Below, in pieces: positions 1 to 12,589 of a stretch of 64,000 bases of DNA. Numbering within the stretch: the stretch's first letter is position 1; the number at the start of each line of letters is the position of its first letter. The position numbers and the translations under genes were made by a program. The DNA is from Eledone cirrhosa. Its lineage: Eukaryota. The notes beneath the pieces are model-generated. The model made no database searches. It saw only the letters and a list, made by a program, of their open reading frames with translations, and had not been told where the DNA came from. The DNA lies in contig OZ024744.1 in the NCBI GenBank assembly GCA_964016885.1, positions 38,688,001 to 38,752,000 of the forward strand. The letters run 5' to 3'.

Positions 1-278
1 AAGGCGTAGGAAAACGTGGGAACACACATATCAATCATTTCAACACACCTTTAATTAGAGATAAACATATTCTACCAACCTTTCTTGTGTGTCGTCTGTA
101 TATACTGTTTGCAGTCTGTGATTACTTTACATTCTTCAAACAACAATCAAAGGAGTGTGCTTCGTTATAAATGTGTATATATTTGTATATGTACGGCTAC
201 GGTAGTTGTCTGTCACCTATACATTCTCTCTTCCCCTCCCCCCTCTCTCTTTCTCTCTCTCTATATATATACATGTGT

Positions 279-336
<58 letters not shown>

Positions 337-384
337 GTGTGTATGTGAGGATTAAACCAGTATTCAACTAGTTAGACCATTATT

Positions 385-536
385 CAGCAGAGTACTCGAT
401 ACTTGGCATAGTAGAGCGAGAATATATTTAAAAGAGTCGGGGTCCGACGCTGAGCTCTTGCCGTTTTGACAGCTAGTTCCTGACTAGTATTAGCTGTCAA
501 AATGGCAAGAGCTCTGCCGTCGGGCGCCGACCCTAT

Positions 537-537
<1 letters not shown>
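385..537. mobile_element. Remnant of a PLE terminal-repeat (pLTR) end folded into a ~100-bp hairpin
   Basis: 436-532 is an imperfect palindrome (gtcggggtccgacgctgagctcttgccgttttgacagcta / tagctgtcaaaatggcaagagctctgccgtcgggcgccgac). It resembles the stem II/III region of the pLTR hammerhead at 37537-37573. 388-420 resembles the reverse complement of 37592-37622. Abuts (TA)n at 541. Confidence 0.6.

Positions 538-540
<3 letters not shown>

Positions 541-608
<68 letters not shown>
541..608. repeat. (TA)n microsatellite, representative of dozens of (TA)n, (CA)n, (GA)n and (CATA)n tracts across the window
   Basis: Direct reading. These tracts generate most of the spurious YI/HT/CV/ER-repeat ORFs. 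Confidence 0.98.
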
Positions 609-611
<3 letters not shown>

Positions 612-859
612 GGACCTGTCGTCGAAGAAACAACACCACGCGTTCGACCAGCCCCTGTATCATGAAAAGAAAAATCTTTTTCGAGGAAATTATTCGATTT
701 TTCCAAATTTGAAGATTTCTGAGGAACTTTCAATGTTTATCTTAGGTTTTTCCCTCGGAAGAGCTCAGGATATCTTAACTGATAGTCCTTAGTGAAATAT
801 GTATAACAGAGTTTTAAATAAACCTGAATCAACTGAATATGGCCTCCGATCTTTTATTA

Positions 860-981
<122 letters not shown>

Positions 982-1396
982 GGAGAGAGAGAGAGAACTG
1001 ATTATAAGTTATACATTATAAATATAGATGCAAAAAACTATATTTATAATGTATAATAACTTATAATCGTTATCATTTACCAAAAGCATACTGTCTCATT
1101 AATACTTAGTATATCTCTCTATACGTAATTTTTGCATATACGTTTATATTGTATAATAACATAATCATATTAATAGTTAGGTATATCTCTGCATTTAGTT
1201 TTTTGCATCTATATTTATAATTTATAATAACTTAATCATAATTATTGTTTCGGTATAACGCTATATATAGTTTGTGCAAATATATATATATTGTACAATA
1301 ACATAATCATTATTTAGAGTTCATTCTTCCCTTGAAGGTAGAACTAATATAGTGATTTAATAAAATATAATAAATATTAATTTATTACGATAAATG

Positions 1397-1507
<111 letters not shown>

Positions 1508-2198
1508 CTGAAAACTCTGCGTTAATTATTATACTTTAGACAATGTATCTACTTGACAATAAATTCCTTGATATTTGTAACAGTAAGTATTTCATAAATT
1601 ATACATACCGAAAATGTTGACACTGTTATAAGTAATTTTGTCAAAGATTACATTTAAGTCAATATTGAACAGTGTATATTTTTCTTTCGCGGGCCTAGTA
1701 AATCCTTTAAATTTGTTTTCATAAAACTTAGAATTTTAGAAATGTAACACATTTAAAAATTTTATAAAATTTATAAAATTAATATAAATAACCATCAACT
1801 TTTAAATCCTAAAATTTTGATTCTTCACCCTAAAATAACATAAATTAAATATTAAATATTTTGAAATTTAACCACTAAGTGTATATGTGAAAACATTTTT
1901 TGCATAAATTACTCCCCTTTATCTCTCCCTCTCTTTAATTATCTATCGGTTGCTTTCTTAAGCCAAAAACTGTAATAAAATTATAACTCAAGAGACGTCT
2001 TCCTCTATAATCCTAATTTGTAGTATCCCAGATTTTAAACTCTATAACTGTTACATTAAAGCAATGTTTTTCTTACTCATACCTTCTCTATTGATTCTAT
2101 TACGTTTTCGCATGTTCTCATTATTAGGGTATAAATGTTGAGTTTTCTCATAAGTTAATCACTACCTTGATTAAACATCTCAGGGTATGTCATGTATC

Positions 2199-2257
2199 AT
2201 TTTATTTTATCTGATGAGGACGTACTGTTGTACCTCTGAAATATGAATAATAAAATT
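2199..2257 (+). ncRNA. Degenerate type-I hammerhead ribozyme motif
   Basis: CTGATGA (2211-2217), gtac-tgtt-gtac stem II, GAAA (2238-2241). Flanks ttttattttat / ataataaaat can form stem I. The cleavage triplet looks mutated. Confidence 0.45.
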
Positions 2258-2300
2258 TACTTGATCACAAGAACATCTATTTTATTAATATTTGTATTTT

Positions 2301-2433
<133 letters not shown>

Positions 2434-2504
2434 GGTATATATTGAGTTAGAATCTCAAAATAGTTTCTTACAATTAAATAGCTCAAAGAAAGAGGTTCTT
2501 TTCT

Positions 2505-3037
2505 GAGCCGTGTAATATAATTGAATATACAAGAGAGATAAAACACAGATAAAAACATACATGTGTTCAAATCGTTAAGGACCAGGTTCGCTAGGGTGAA
2601 AAAAAAATACTAACTATGAATAATAGGGTTTGCCAGACTCAATTTAAAATAATAAATCAAGAAAAGAAATACAAACCGATATTGGGCAACTGCCATACAT
2701 CAATGCCATGTGCGTTATTTTATATTCGCACACTATTCAGTGTTCTGAGATACTTAGAAGTCAAGGGTTTACTAATTTTACATCCACTGATGAGCAAAGA
2801 ATTGGTAATTCCCTTCGCTAAAATTGCGAAACACCCTACCAAAATCTGTCTGGGTGTTAGGCAGTTGCCCAATATCGGTTTGTATTTCTTTTCTTGATTT
2901 ATTGTTTTAAATTGAGTCTGGTAAACCCTATGGTTAATAGTTACTATTTGTTTCACCCAGCGAATCTGGTCCCTTACGATTTGAACACATATATGTATAT
3001 ATCTGTGTTTATCTCTTTTTTATATTAAATTATATTA
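2505..3037. mobile_element. Old inverted-repeat element (~180-bp diverged arms) with a central hammerhead; PLE pLTR/retrozyme-like
   Basis: About 2510-2694 is a diverged reverse complement of about 2860-3037 (e.g. aaaccgatattgggcaactgcc / ggcagttgcccaatatcggttt). The right end runs into (TA)n. Confidence 0.75.
2780..2857 (+). ncRNA. Type-I hammerhead ribozyme candidate
   Basis: Stem I acatcca/tgggtgt; CTGATGA 2787-2793; stem II closed by gcaa/ttgc; GAAA 2828-2831; stem III aca/tgt; GUC cleavage triplet 2848-2850. Confidence 0.6.
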
Positions 3038-3057
3038 TATATATATATATATATATA

Positions 3058-4528
3058 TTGGAATAAATGCTCTGAAATAGCGATATATATGTGAATATAG
3101 ACATAGAATATTCGAAAATATTCTGTATGTTTATAATAAACATTTTGAAGACCTAATCGCTATAGAATAGAATACGTCACGTATTACAATTAGATTCTCG
3201 ATAAAAGCAAGGGAAGTAATCTACGCGTTTCATTCTTGTTAGAAATCATCAGGACTACATATCCAGTGCTTTTATCGAGAATGACACAGCTAGAGACTTA
3301 TAGAATACTTAGCTGTGTACAGGAACTGGTTTGAAAGAGCGGTTGCCGGTCCGGCAGAAATTAGAAATTGGAATAAATGCTCTGAAATAGCGATATATAT
3401 GTGAATATAGACATAGAATATTCGAAAATATTCTGTATGTTTATAATAAACATTTTGAAGACCTAATCGCTATAGAATAGAATACGTCACGTATTACAAT
3501 TAGATTCTCGATAAAAGCAAGGGAAGTAATCTACGCGTTTCATTCTTGTTAGAAATCATCAGGACTACATATCCAGTGCTTTTATCGAGAATGACACAGC
3601 TAGAGACTTATAGAATACTTAGCTGTGTACAGGAACTGGTTTGAAAGAGCGGTTGCCGGTCCGGCAGAAATTAGAAATTGGAATAAATGCTCTGAAATAG
3701 CGATATATATGTGAATATAGACATAGAATATTCGAAAATATTCTGTATGTTTATAATAAACATTTTGAAGACCTAATCGCTATAGAATAGAATACGTCAC
3801 GTATTACAATTAGATTCTCGATAAAAGCAAGGGAAGTAATCTACGCGTTTCATTCTTGTTAGAAATCATCAGGACTACATATCCAGTGCTTTTATCGAGA
3901 ATGACACAGCTAGAGACTTATAGAATACTTAGCTGTGTACAGGAACTGGTTTGAAAGAGCGGTTGCCGGTCCGGCAGAAATTAGAAATTGGAATAAATGC
4001 TCTGAAATAGCGATATATATGTGAATATAGACATAGAATATTCGAAAATATTCTGTATGTTTATAATAAACATTTTGAAGACCTAATCGCTATAGAATAG
4101 AATACGTCACGTATTACAATTAGATTCTCGATAAAAGCAAGGGAAGTAATCTACGCGTTTCATTCTTGTTAGAAATCATCAGGACTACATATCCAGTGCT
4201 TTTATCGAGAATGACACAGCTAGAGACTTATAGAATACTTAGCTGTGTACAGGAACTGGTTTGAAAGAGCGGTTGCCGGTCCGGCAGAAATTAGAAATTG
4301 GAATAAATGCTCTGAAATAGCGATATATATGTGAATATAGACATAGAATATTCGAAAATATTCTGTATGTTTATAATAAACATTTTGAAGACCTAATCGC
4401 TATAGAATAGAATACGTCACGTATTACAATTAGATTCTCGATAAAAGCAAGGGAAGTAATCTACGCGTTTCATTCTTGTTAGAAATCATCAGGACTACAT
4501 ATCCAGTGCTTTTATCGAGAATGACACA
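3058..4528 (-). mobile_element. Tandem array of 310-bp hammerhead-containing units (non-LTR retrozyme-like), left arm, ~4.7 copies
   Basis: gaataaatgctctg recurs at 3061, 3371, 3681, 3991 and 4301 (period 310). The reverse-complement HHR core tcatcag is at 3246, 3556, 3866, 4176 and 4486. Confidence 0.9.
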
Positions 4529-5931
4529 AGTCCTGATGATTTCTAACAAGAATGAAACGCGTAGATTACTTCCCTTGCTTTTATCGAGAATCTAATTGTA
4601 ATACGTGACGTATTCTATTCTATAGCGATTAGGTCTTCAAAATGTTTATTATAAACATACAGAATATTTTCGAATATTCTATGTCTATATTCACATATAT
4701 ATCGCTATTTCAGAGCATTTATTCCAATTTCTAATTTCTGCCGGACCGGCAACCGCTCTTTCAAACCAGTTCCTGTACACAGCTAAGTATTCTATAAGTC
4801 TCTAGCTGTGTCATTCTCGATAAAAGCACTGGATATGTAGTCCTGATGATTTCTAACAAGAATGAAACGCGTAGATTACTTCCCTTGCTTTTATCGAGAA
4901 TCTAATTGTAATACGTGACGTATTCTATTCTATAGCGATTAGGTCTTCAAAATGTTTATTATAAACATACAGAATATTTTCGAATATTCTATGTCTATAT
5001 TCACATATATATCGCTATTTCAGAGCATTTATTCCAATTTCTAATTTCTGCCGGACCGGCAACCGCTCTTTCAAACCAGTTCCTGTACACAGCTAAGTAT
5101 TCTATAAGTCTCTAGCTGTGTCATTCTCGATAAAAGCACTGGATATGTAGTCCTGATGATTTCTAACAAGAATGAAACGCGTAGATTACTTCCCTTGCTT
5201 TTATCGAGAATCTAATTGTAATACGTGACGTATTCTATTCTATAGCGATTAGGTCTTCAAAATGTTTATTATAAACATACAGAATATTTTCGAATATTCT
5301 ATGTCTATATTCACATATATATCGCTATTTCAGAGCATTTATTCCAATTTCTAATTTCTGCCGGACCGGCAACCGCTCTTTCAAACCAGTTCCTGTACAC
5401 AGCTAAGTATTCTATAAGTCTCTAGCTGTGTCATTCTCGATAAAAGCACTGGATATGTAGTCCTGATGATTTCTAACAAGAATGAAACGCGTAGATTACT
5501 TCCCTTGCTTTTATCGAGAATCTAATTGTAATACGTGACGTATTCTATTCTATAGCGATTAGGTCTTCAAAATGTTTATTATAAACATACAGAATATTTT
5601 CGAATATTCTATGTCTATATTCACATATATATCGCTATTTCAGAGCATTTATTCCAATTTCTAATTTCTGCCGGACCGGCAACCGCTCTTTCAAACCAGT
5701 TCCTGTACACAGCTAAGTATTCTATAAGTCTCTAGCTGTGTCATTCTCGATAAAAGCACTGGATATGTAGTCCTGATGATTTCTAACAAGAATGAAACGC
5801 GTAGATTACTTCCCTTGCTTTTATCGAGAATCTAATTGTAATACGTGACGTATTCTATTCTATAGCGATTAGGTCTTCAAAATGTTTATTATAAACATAC
5901 AGAATATTTTCGAATATTCTATGTCTATATT

Positions 5932-5940
<9 letters not shown>
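4529..5940 (+). mobile_element. Tandem array of the same 310-bp unit, inverted right arm, ~4.5 copies
   Basis: CTGATGA at 4533, 4843, 5153, 5463 and 5773. Reverse complement of the left arm. Ends in (TA)n. Confidence 0.9.
4813..4901 (+). ncRNA. Minimal type-I hammerhead ribozyme (representative copy; 10 cores in the array)
   Basis: Distal stem I attctcgataaaagca/tgcttttatcgagaat (16 bp perfect); proximal stem I gtagtc/gattac; CUGAUGA; stem II ttct-aaca-agaa; GAAA; palindromic stem III acgcgt; GUA triplet with predicted cleavage after 4873. Confidence 0.88.
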
Positions 5941-5987
<47 letters not shown>

Positions 5988-6039
5988 AAAATGTTTAACC
6001 CCGACGGCTATTTCTGGTTCCTTACCACACTCCCTTCGT

Positions 6040-6083
<44 letters not shown>

Positions 6084-6896
6084 GCTGTAAGCGTGCATAG
6101 GTCTTTCATGGCTATGCTACACTACATTTATTTGTAATTTGGTAGTACTTAGACAGTTATTTTGATATTGATGTTTAACTCCGTGTCGCCATTTAGGAAG
6201 AAATTTCTCCTGAGCAATGCAATAAATAAAGTATCAATCCTAATCGATCAAATATATGACCAAAGGCGTTTCATCACATCACATCTTTATTTTTATTTTT
6301 CTAGATAAAGCCTATATATAGACTATATTATCTAGTATTTTCTGGTAAATACGTTTATTTAGGTCAAAATTTGAGATATAACTTTCGAATAGGGTACATA
6401 ATTGTGGAATATATGTTCACCGTGTGTTAATTAAATTTAACAATCTGAAATAACATTTTCAAATTTACAAAATCATTCAAATAATGTACAAATAACAACA
6501 ACAAAATAACCATTATCGAAAGTAAGCGATTTGATAGAGATTTAACTCGTTCTTTTGCACAAGATGAACAGTCTCGATTGATTATAGGCAGTATATTACA
6601 TGTAGAAATGTATCAGAGATATAAACGAGATCGCATTGAAATACACGGTATGAGATTATGATTTATTAAAAGCAATGGGTTTGATTCGCCTACTGGTGGT
6701 TAAATATCTATTCCTGTTGATCTAATAGTCATATGATATGACGGTAGGAACATCATTCATACATATGATAGTTGCGCGAAAAATATACTCTTTTCAAGCT
6801 GCAATGGAGTATTCTTAACAAGGATAAACCTTACACTGGAGATCGCTAAATAATTTATAGACTAGATTGATAAATCCCCCCTCTCTCTCACCCTCT

Positions 6897-6994
<98 letters not shown>

Positions 6995-7058
6995 TAAGCA
7001 GTGAGCCTTGTTACTCTGAAGTTTCACCTGCATACTTGCAGTATGATCATCATATATG

Positions 7059-7130
<72 letters not shown>

Positions 7131-8088
7131 GTGTGTGTGTGTGTGTGTGTGTGTGCATAAACACGCATTCGCGCATACACCGCTACATACATTTTGCGAG
7201 GAAAGCGAGAGGTGGAATAGACAGGAATGCATTTAGAGAAGAGAAATAGAAGAGCGAATAAGTAAAATTGAGAGAGAGAGGGGGGGAGAGGGAGAGGGAG
7301 AGAGCGCGATAAAATTAAATAAAACAAAATAAAACAAAATAAAACAAATAAATGAACGGTAGCGGCTACTTTCAGTAGATGTGTAGGCAGACTGGTTAGT
7401 GTCGGTAGGGGAAAAGGTTACGTTCCGAAAATTGGACCGGATGTATTTTGAATTGATTTTAATTAAACGAACGAAACGTATTAAAGAATGAAAGAATGAA
7501 AGAATGAAAGAGTGAATGAATGAGTCAATATATAAATAAATAAACGGTTTATACAATGTCTTTCAAAAAATTACAGAGTTGTTTCCTTAAAGCAAGCAAG
7601 TTCAATAAAGTCGACGGACATCAAAAGAATATACCTCATTCTTGCAGATCTTCAGATCATACAGGTGGGAGACATTGACTTAGAAAACGGAAACAACAAC
7701 AACAACAAAAACAAAACAAACGAAGAAAACAAACAAACACAAATTCACAGACACATACAAATACACGTGTATGCACACATACACATGCATACAGATAAAT
7801 ACATACAAAACACACGCAATCAACTCACACAAACGCGCACATGCAAACACATACGAAAACACACACACAAACACACACACGCATACACACACAGACACAC
7901 ACACAATCATACAAACAAACACATACAAAACACACGCAATCAACTCACACACGCACAAACGCGCACACACAAACACATACGAAAACATACGCACACACAC
8001 ACACGTGCGCACAGAGGCATATGGTTGGTTGAGTGGTTACGGAGTTTGTCTAGCAATCACGACGTTGTTGCGGATTTAGTCATATTGT

Positions 8089-9045
8089 ACTAGACATGAA
8101 AAATGCGCAAGCTCAAAAGTGCCACAGAATGTTATAATAAACCTTCAAAAGTGTGGGACTAGAGTTGTTGCTAAAAAATATTGTAATCATTATATATCGT
8201 ACATTCTGTGGCATCCTTTATAAAAATAGCTTAAACCAACGAAGCCTTTATTTTTACGCTATTTCACTTAGTTAATTCTTAGAGTGTAACATATAAAAAT
8301 ATCATTTACAACTATAAAATAAATTAATTAATATAATAACAGAGCTGCGGAGCTGAAATTTAGGAAATAATGGAGTATCGGATCCTGAGTTGGAGCCAGT
8401 CAATTTTTGGCCGACTCCGCAGCCCTGTATAATACATTTCATATTAAAGTTATTAATAAACCTATTTTACACTTCATGCAAATTACCACGAGATATTGAT
8501 ATTAGATATAAGATACAGCGCAATATCTACAGCTGTAAAAGTACGAAAGCGAAGTAATAATAAGTGGCTTAAGGTAATTCCAATATGAAAGTTTGTAGTG
8601 ATAAAAATTTGATAATGCAATACGATTGTTAATATTATAGTTCTATGAAAATGTAACAATAGATAACTAAATTATTTTACTATTAGTATATTTAAGAAAT
8701 TATCATTATAGATTTGATCGTTCATATAAGCATCATATTAAGTTTCAACACAATTATTTTGTTACTATGAGTATATGATAATAATATTACGTAATTATTT
8801 ATAGCTGTTATTACATTAAACATAGATGTATTTATTTTTATATGTTACACTCTAAGAATTAACTAAGTGAAATAGCGTAAAAATAAAGGCTTCGTTGGTT
8901 TAAGCTATTTTTATAAAGGATGCCACAGAATGTACGATATATAATGATTACAATATTTTTTAGCAACAACTCTAGTCCCACACTTTTGAAGGTTTATTAT
9001 AACATTCTGTGGCACTTTTGAGCTTGCGCATTTTTCATGTCTAGT
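8089..9045. mobile_element. Foldback/MITE-like element with ~210-bp near-perfect terminal inverted repeats
   Basis: 8089-8301 is the reverse complement of 8833-9045 (actagacatgaaaaatgcgc... / ...gcgcatttttcatgtctagt). AT-rich non-coding interior. No clear TSD. Confidence 0.8.
8340..8427. mobile_element. Tiny hAT-type MITE nested in the foldback element
   Basis: Termini cagagctgcggag / ctccgcagccctg. Flanking 8-mers tataataa / tataatac form a 7/8 TSD. Confidence 0.6.
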
Positions 9046-9597
9046 TTAATATTTTTTTAAGGCAACGCTTGTAATAACTCTAGTTAAACAGGATATATAT
9101 TAATAATAAATTATCGTTGTAATGTAATTAGATTATGTAATTGTTATTATAAATTATCTTATAAATATTAGTGTAAGATGTATAAAAATATTTTCAGACT
9201 TTTAATATAAACAACTACAAAAAACAATCAATATTAAATCAATATATCATACATAATAGAAAACATAAAATATACAATAAAAAAACAAAATATTTACATA
9301 CAATTGCAATTATCAGTGTATATACATTTTCTTTATATTCCCTGAGCAAATTAATAAGATTTGTTTTTATTGTACATAATTTGATGACTTGTTGGAGTGT
9401 ATTAAAAGATAGCAACAATTTGTGATTAAATTGTTATCTTAAGCAACTCACTTTTTAATAGTTGTTGGCTGAGCGAAATTGTAAAAGCCTATGAGCAAAT
9501 ATAAAAAAAAATACACAAACAACATTTCCTTGTGTTATTACAACATTAGATAAAATAATTGAGCAATGTCGTTATATTTTGCTCTTATTGCACATTA

Positions 9598-9770
9598 ATA
9601 GTGTTTCTATTTTTCGGCACAAATCCATTACGGCAGTCCATTACTGGTACTTTATTTTATCGAATTCGTAAGTATGAAAGTCGAAGTTAACCTCGGCAGG
9701 ATTTGAACTTAGAATGCAAAGGACCATAACAATACTGCAAAGCATGGTGTCTGACGCTCTACCAATACTT
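9598..9770 (-). mobile_element. Abundant SINE family copy (other copies ~11360-11485 +, 16337-16432, 16735-16838 +, 17648-17840, 25386-25480, 42196-42370, 44180-44340)
   Basis: Shared blocks tttctacttttggcacaaggccagc, ccagtacattactggtactttattttatcgacccc, gatgaaaggcaaagttaacctcggcgggatttgaactc. The reverse complement contains a tRNA B-box-like GAGTTCAAATCC. Confidence 0.8.
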
Positions 9771-10162
9771 GTGTTGAGCTGGTCATTAATTTATGGTGGT
9801 CGTGCGTGGAGTAGAGCAATCGCTAGTTGAAATATTATGAACAAAACATTTTTATTTGCCGAAGAACATATTTTCAATACTGTTTGTGAATGTGACGAAG
9901 GAAATACATTCTGATATGGAACAGTGTACAAAGTGTGTCTGTGAATAACATAATGTTACCTCATGTTGTTGTCAAGACATAATGGATTTCGTATATCCAG
10001 TTAGAAGATGAAACCTAGCCATCTCGGATTAGTTATATTTCATGCCATGTGTAAACGTGTTTGAGGATAGCAAAATATGCGCGTTAATTATAATAATTAG
10101 TTAATAATATTACAAAATATACCTAATTAAACTCTTTGCTTGAAATTTTATCATTCTTCGTT

Positions 10163-10193
<31 letters not shown>

Positions 10194-10788
10194 GGAGAGA
10201 GATTTATCTAGTCCTTCGCTCAAGATTAATCTATAAGTTTAGATATTTGCCTTCGTTTAAGTAAATATTACAGTAAGATTTTTAATATAAACAACTACAA
10301 AAAACAATTAATATTAAAACGAAAAAATTATCAATGATAAAAGAAGCGGATGCAACTTTTTTTTTTATAAAGTTATATTCCTGTTTCTTTAAAGAACATT
10401 TCATTTTTGTTCTATTGTAGGCGAAATAATGCAATGGTTTAATAAGATATAACTTACGAATTATGTCTCTAACCGTGTAACGCTTTTTAAGTAGATAACT
10501 ACAATTGAAAATACTAAAGAAATGGAACCAACAATTCAATTTGAAAGTCGTCTAGTGACAGATGCGAGACATGTAAGTGAAATTTGGTTGGAAACTGCGC
10601 GTATGCCCGTCGAATATATATATATATATAATATATATATATATTATATAGGGAAGGGTCATATCATTATAATATTGGCAGAAATATTATAACAGCATGA
10701 CCCTCCCCAAGTATAACAATATTTGTTTCGACACACGATTTCATATCAAAAACCTTGCAAAAGAAAAAAAAAATATATATATATATAT

Positions 10789-11265
10789 ATACTAGAAGAG
10801 GTACCCGGCGTTGCTCGGGTATTAAATAGCAGTTATGTATACCATTTATGTCAATACTTCAGTGCTGCTTCGAAAACTATACTTTTACAAAATCATCGGC
10901 ATTTTCCAAAAGGGGGCTCCTGCCCCCAGGGGTACCCTACTCAATATGTGCCAATTCTGAGAGTTCACATTCATCTGTAGAACAAACGTAGCCCATGTGT
11001 CAAGTTTTGTGAAAATCGATTGCGAACTCCAGAAGTTATGACGTTTTGTTGCATTGCACTGAAGTGCTTTAGTCGACTCCAAGGAAGTGGTTAAAGTGGT
11101 TAAATGGGATTATCTGCCGGGAGGCCCTATAATTAATATCTGGAAAAATAAAAGTGCCCATGACCATCCGGAGTAGATAAGTAACCTATGTCTTAAGTTT
11201 GGTGAAAATATTGTAGAAATGCATAAGGTGCAACAAACACACACACACGTGCGCGCGCGCGTGTG
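10789..11265 (+). mobile_element. Possible non-autonomous Helitron/Helentron-like element (related fragment ~11890-12115)
   Basis: Starts atactagaagaggtacccggcgttgctcgggta (short 5' hairpin), has a (CA)n-rich 3' part and sits at (TA)n. Called on general architecture only. Confidence 0.4.
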
Positions 11266-12589
11266 TGTGTGTTTGTGTGTGCGTATGTATATGTATGTGT
11301 ATGTCCGTGGGCGCATACGTATCTACTGGTCTAAATCTTCACTATTTACTTTTACTATTTCAAGGCAAAGTTAAAATCCCGTCGAGGTTAACTTTGCCTT
11401 TCATCCTTACGGGGTCGATAAAATAAAGTACCAGTAATGTACTGGATAATTGCTGATCTTGTGCCAAAAGTAGAAACAACTATTTTAATAACCTCTCTCA
11501 TTTTCGTTTACAATTTCATTTACATCATTCTTAAACTCCGGGGCTGGAAATCATTCTGTTATTTTAAATAGAATATTAGTCTAACGACTCCATTTACACC
11601 ATAAACTTGGGCTTCTCTTTGCATGAAATTGTTCTTCTCGGTCCACATAACGACGTATTATCCTCGCTTAATAGATTTAACTCTTACTGGAACGCTGCAC
11701 GAACACACACGCGCGCGCGCGCGCACACACACATGCACACATGTTAATTAGTTATAGCATTCCTTCCCCTATTCCACTGTCATGTATCAAACACAGCGTC
11801 TGTCGCTCTCTCACTCTCTTTCCCGTTATCTCCCTCTTTTAGTGTGTCTGTTTGTTTCACTCTCACTCTTTCCTTTTCATTTTTATAGATATAGAGATTT
11901 TTTCTGTGCAAAGTCGTACCTATAGTCAGTTTTATCGATTTTTTACCTGGGCAAAGGGGAAGTCGATCATTTGCAATGTCGTGCCGACCTGCCCTGATAT
12001 GTTTGTGGTTGATTGCAAAAGGAAATTTTGAAAATCGGCCTTGCGGATCAAAAGGTGCTGCGGAACAGACACACACACACACACAGACATTTTCATTTTT
12101 ATAGATATAGATATATAGTTCAGGAATAACAAGAGGAACACAGATATGCAGTGACACCAATTCTTATTAGTTTCACACTTGATGGGACTCAAGATAAATA
12201 AATGTTTCAATGTTTCGTACACTGCTTCTTCGTCAGAGAAGAGCAAAGTTAAGAGAATGTGGAGGTTGGAAAGTTGGGGACAAAAAAAAAACCGTTTTTA
12301 AGATGTGAGAAGGGCAGACAAGTAATCCTGCGTACAGAGGTTGGACCCTAAATGGCAAGTCTGAGTCTGTTTGTAGATGGAGTGCCTTTCATGACGTCGT
12401 GTGCGTGTCGTTAATGTTATTTGTCCTATGTATGATTGGTGGGGGGCGCGAGGGTTGTTTTGTGTATCGTCTATGGAAGTATATGTGTGTATATATAAGT
12501 GTAGGACTGTGATTCTCGTGCATGTATGTACATGCATATTCGTGTGCGTACGTATGCATGTTTATGTGTGAGTGTGTGTATCAAATACG

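Noticed and set aside
756-808. Hammerhead-like cggaaga...gaaatatgta
   Set aside because: Core U4 is mutated and there is no convincing stem I; at best a dead remnant.
3058-5940. CRISPR array or plain satellite DNA
   Set aside because: No unique spacers and no cas genes; eukaryotic context. The hammerhead in each unit explains it better than a simple satellite.
7637-7680. Possible minus-strand micro-exon (NVSHLYDLKICKNE)
   Set aside because: Weak splice signals, no partner exons and no recognisable homology.
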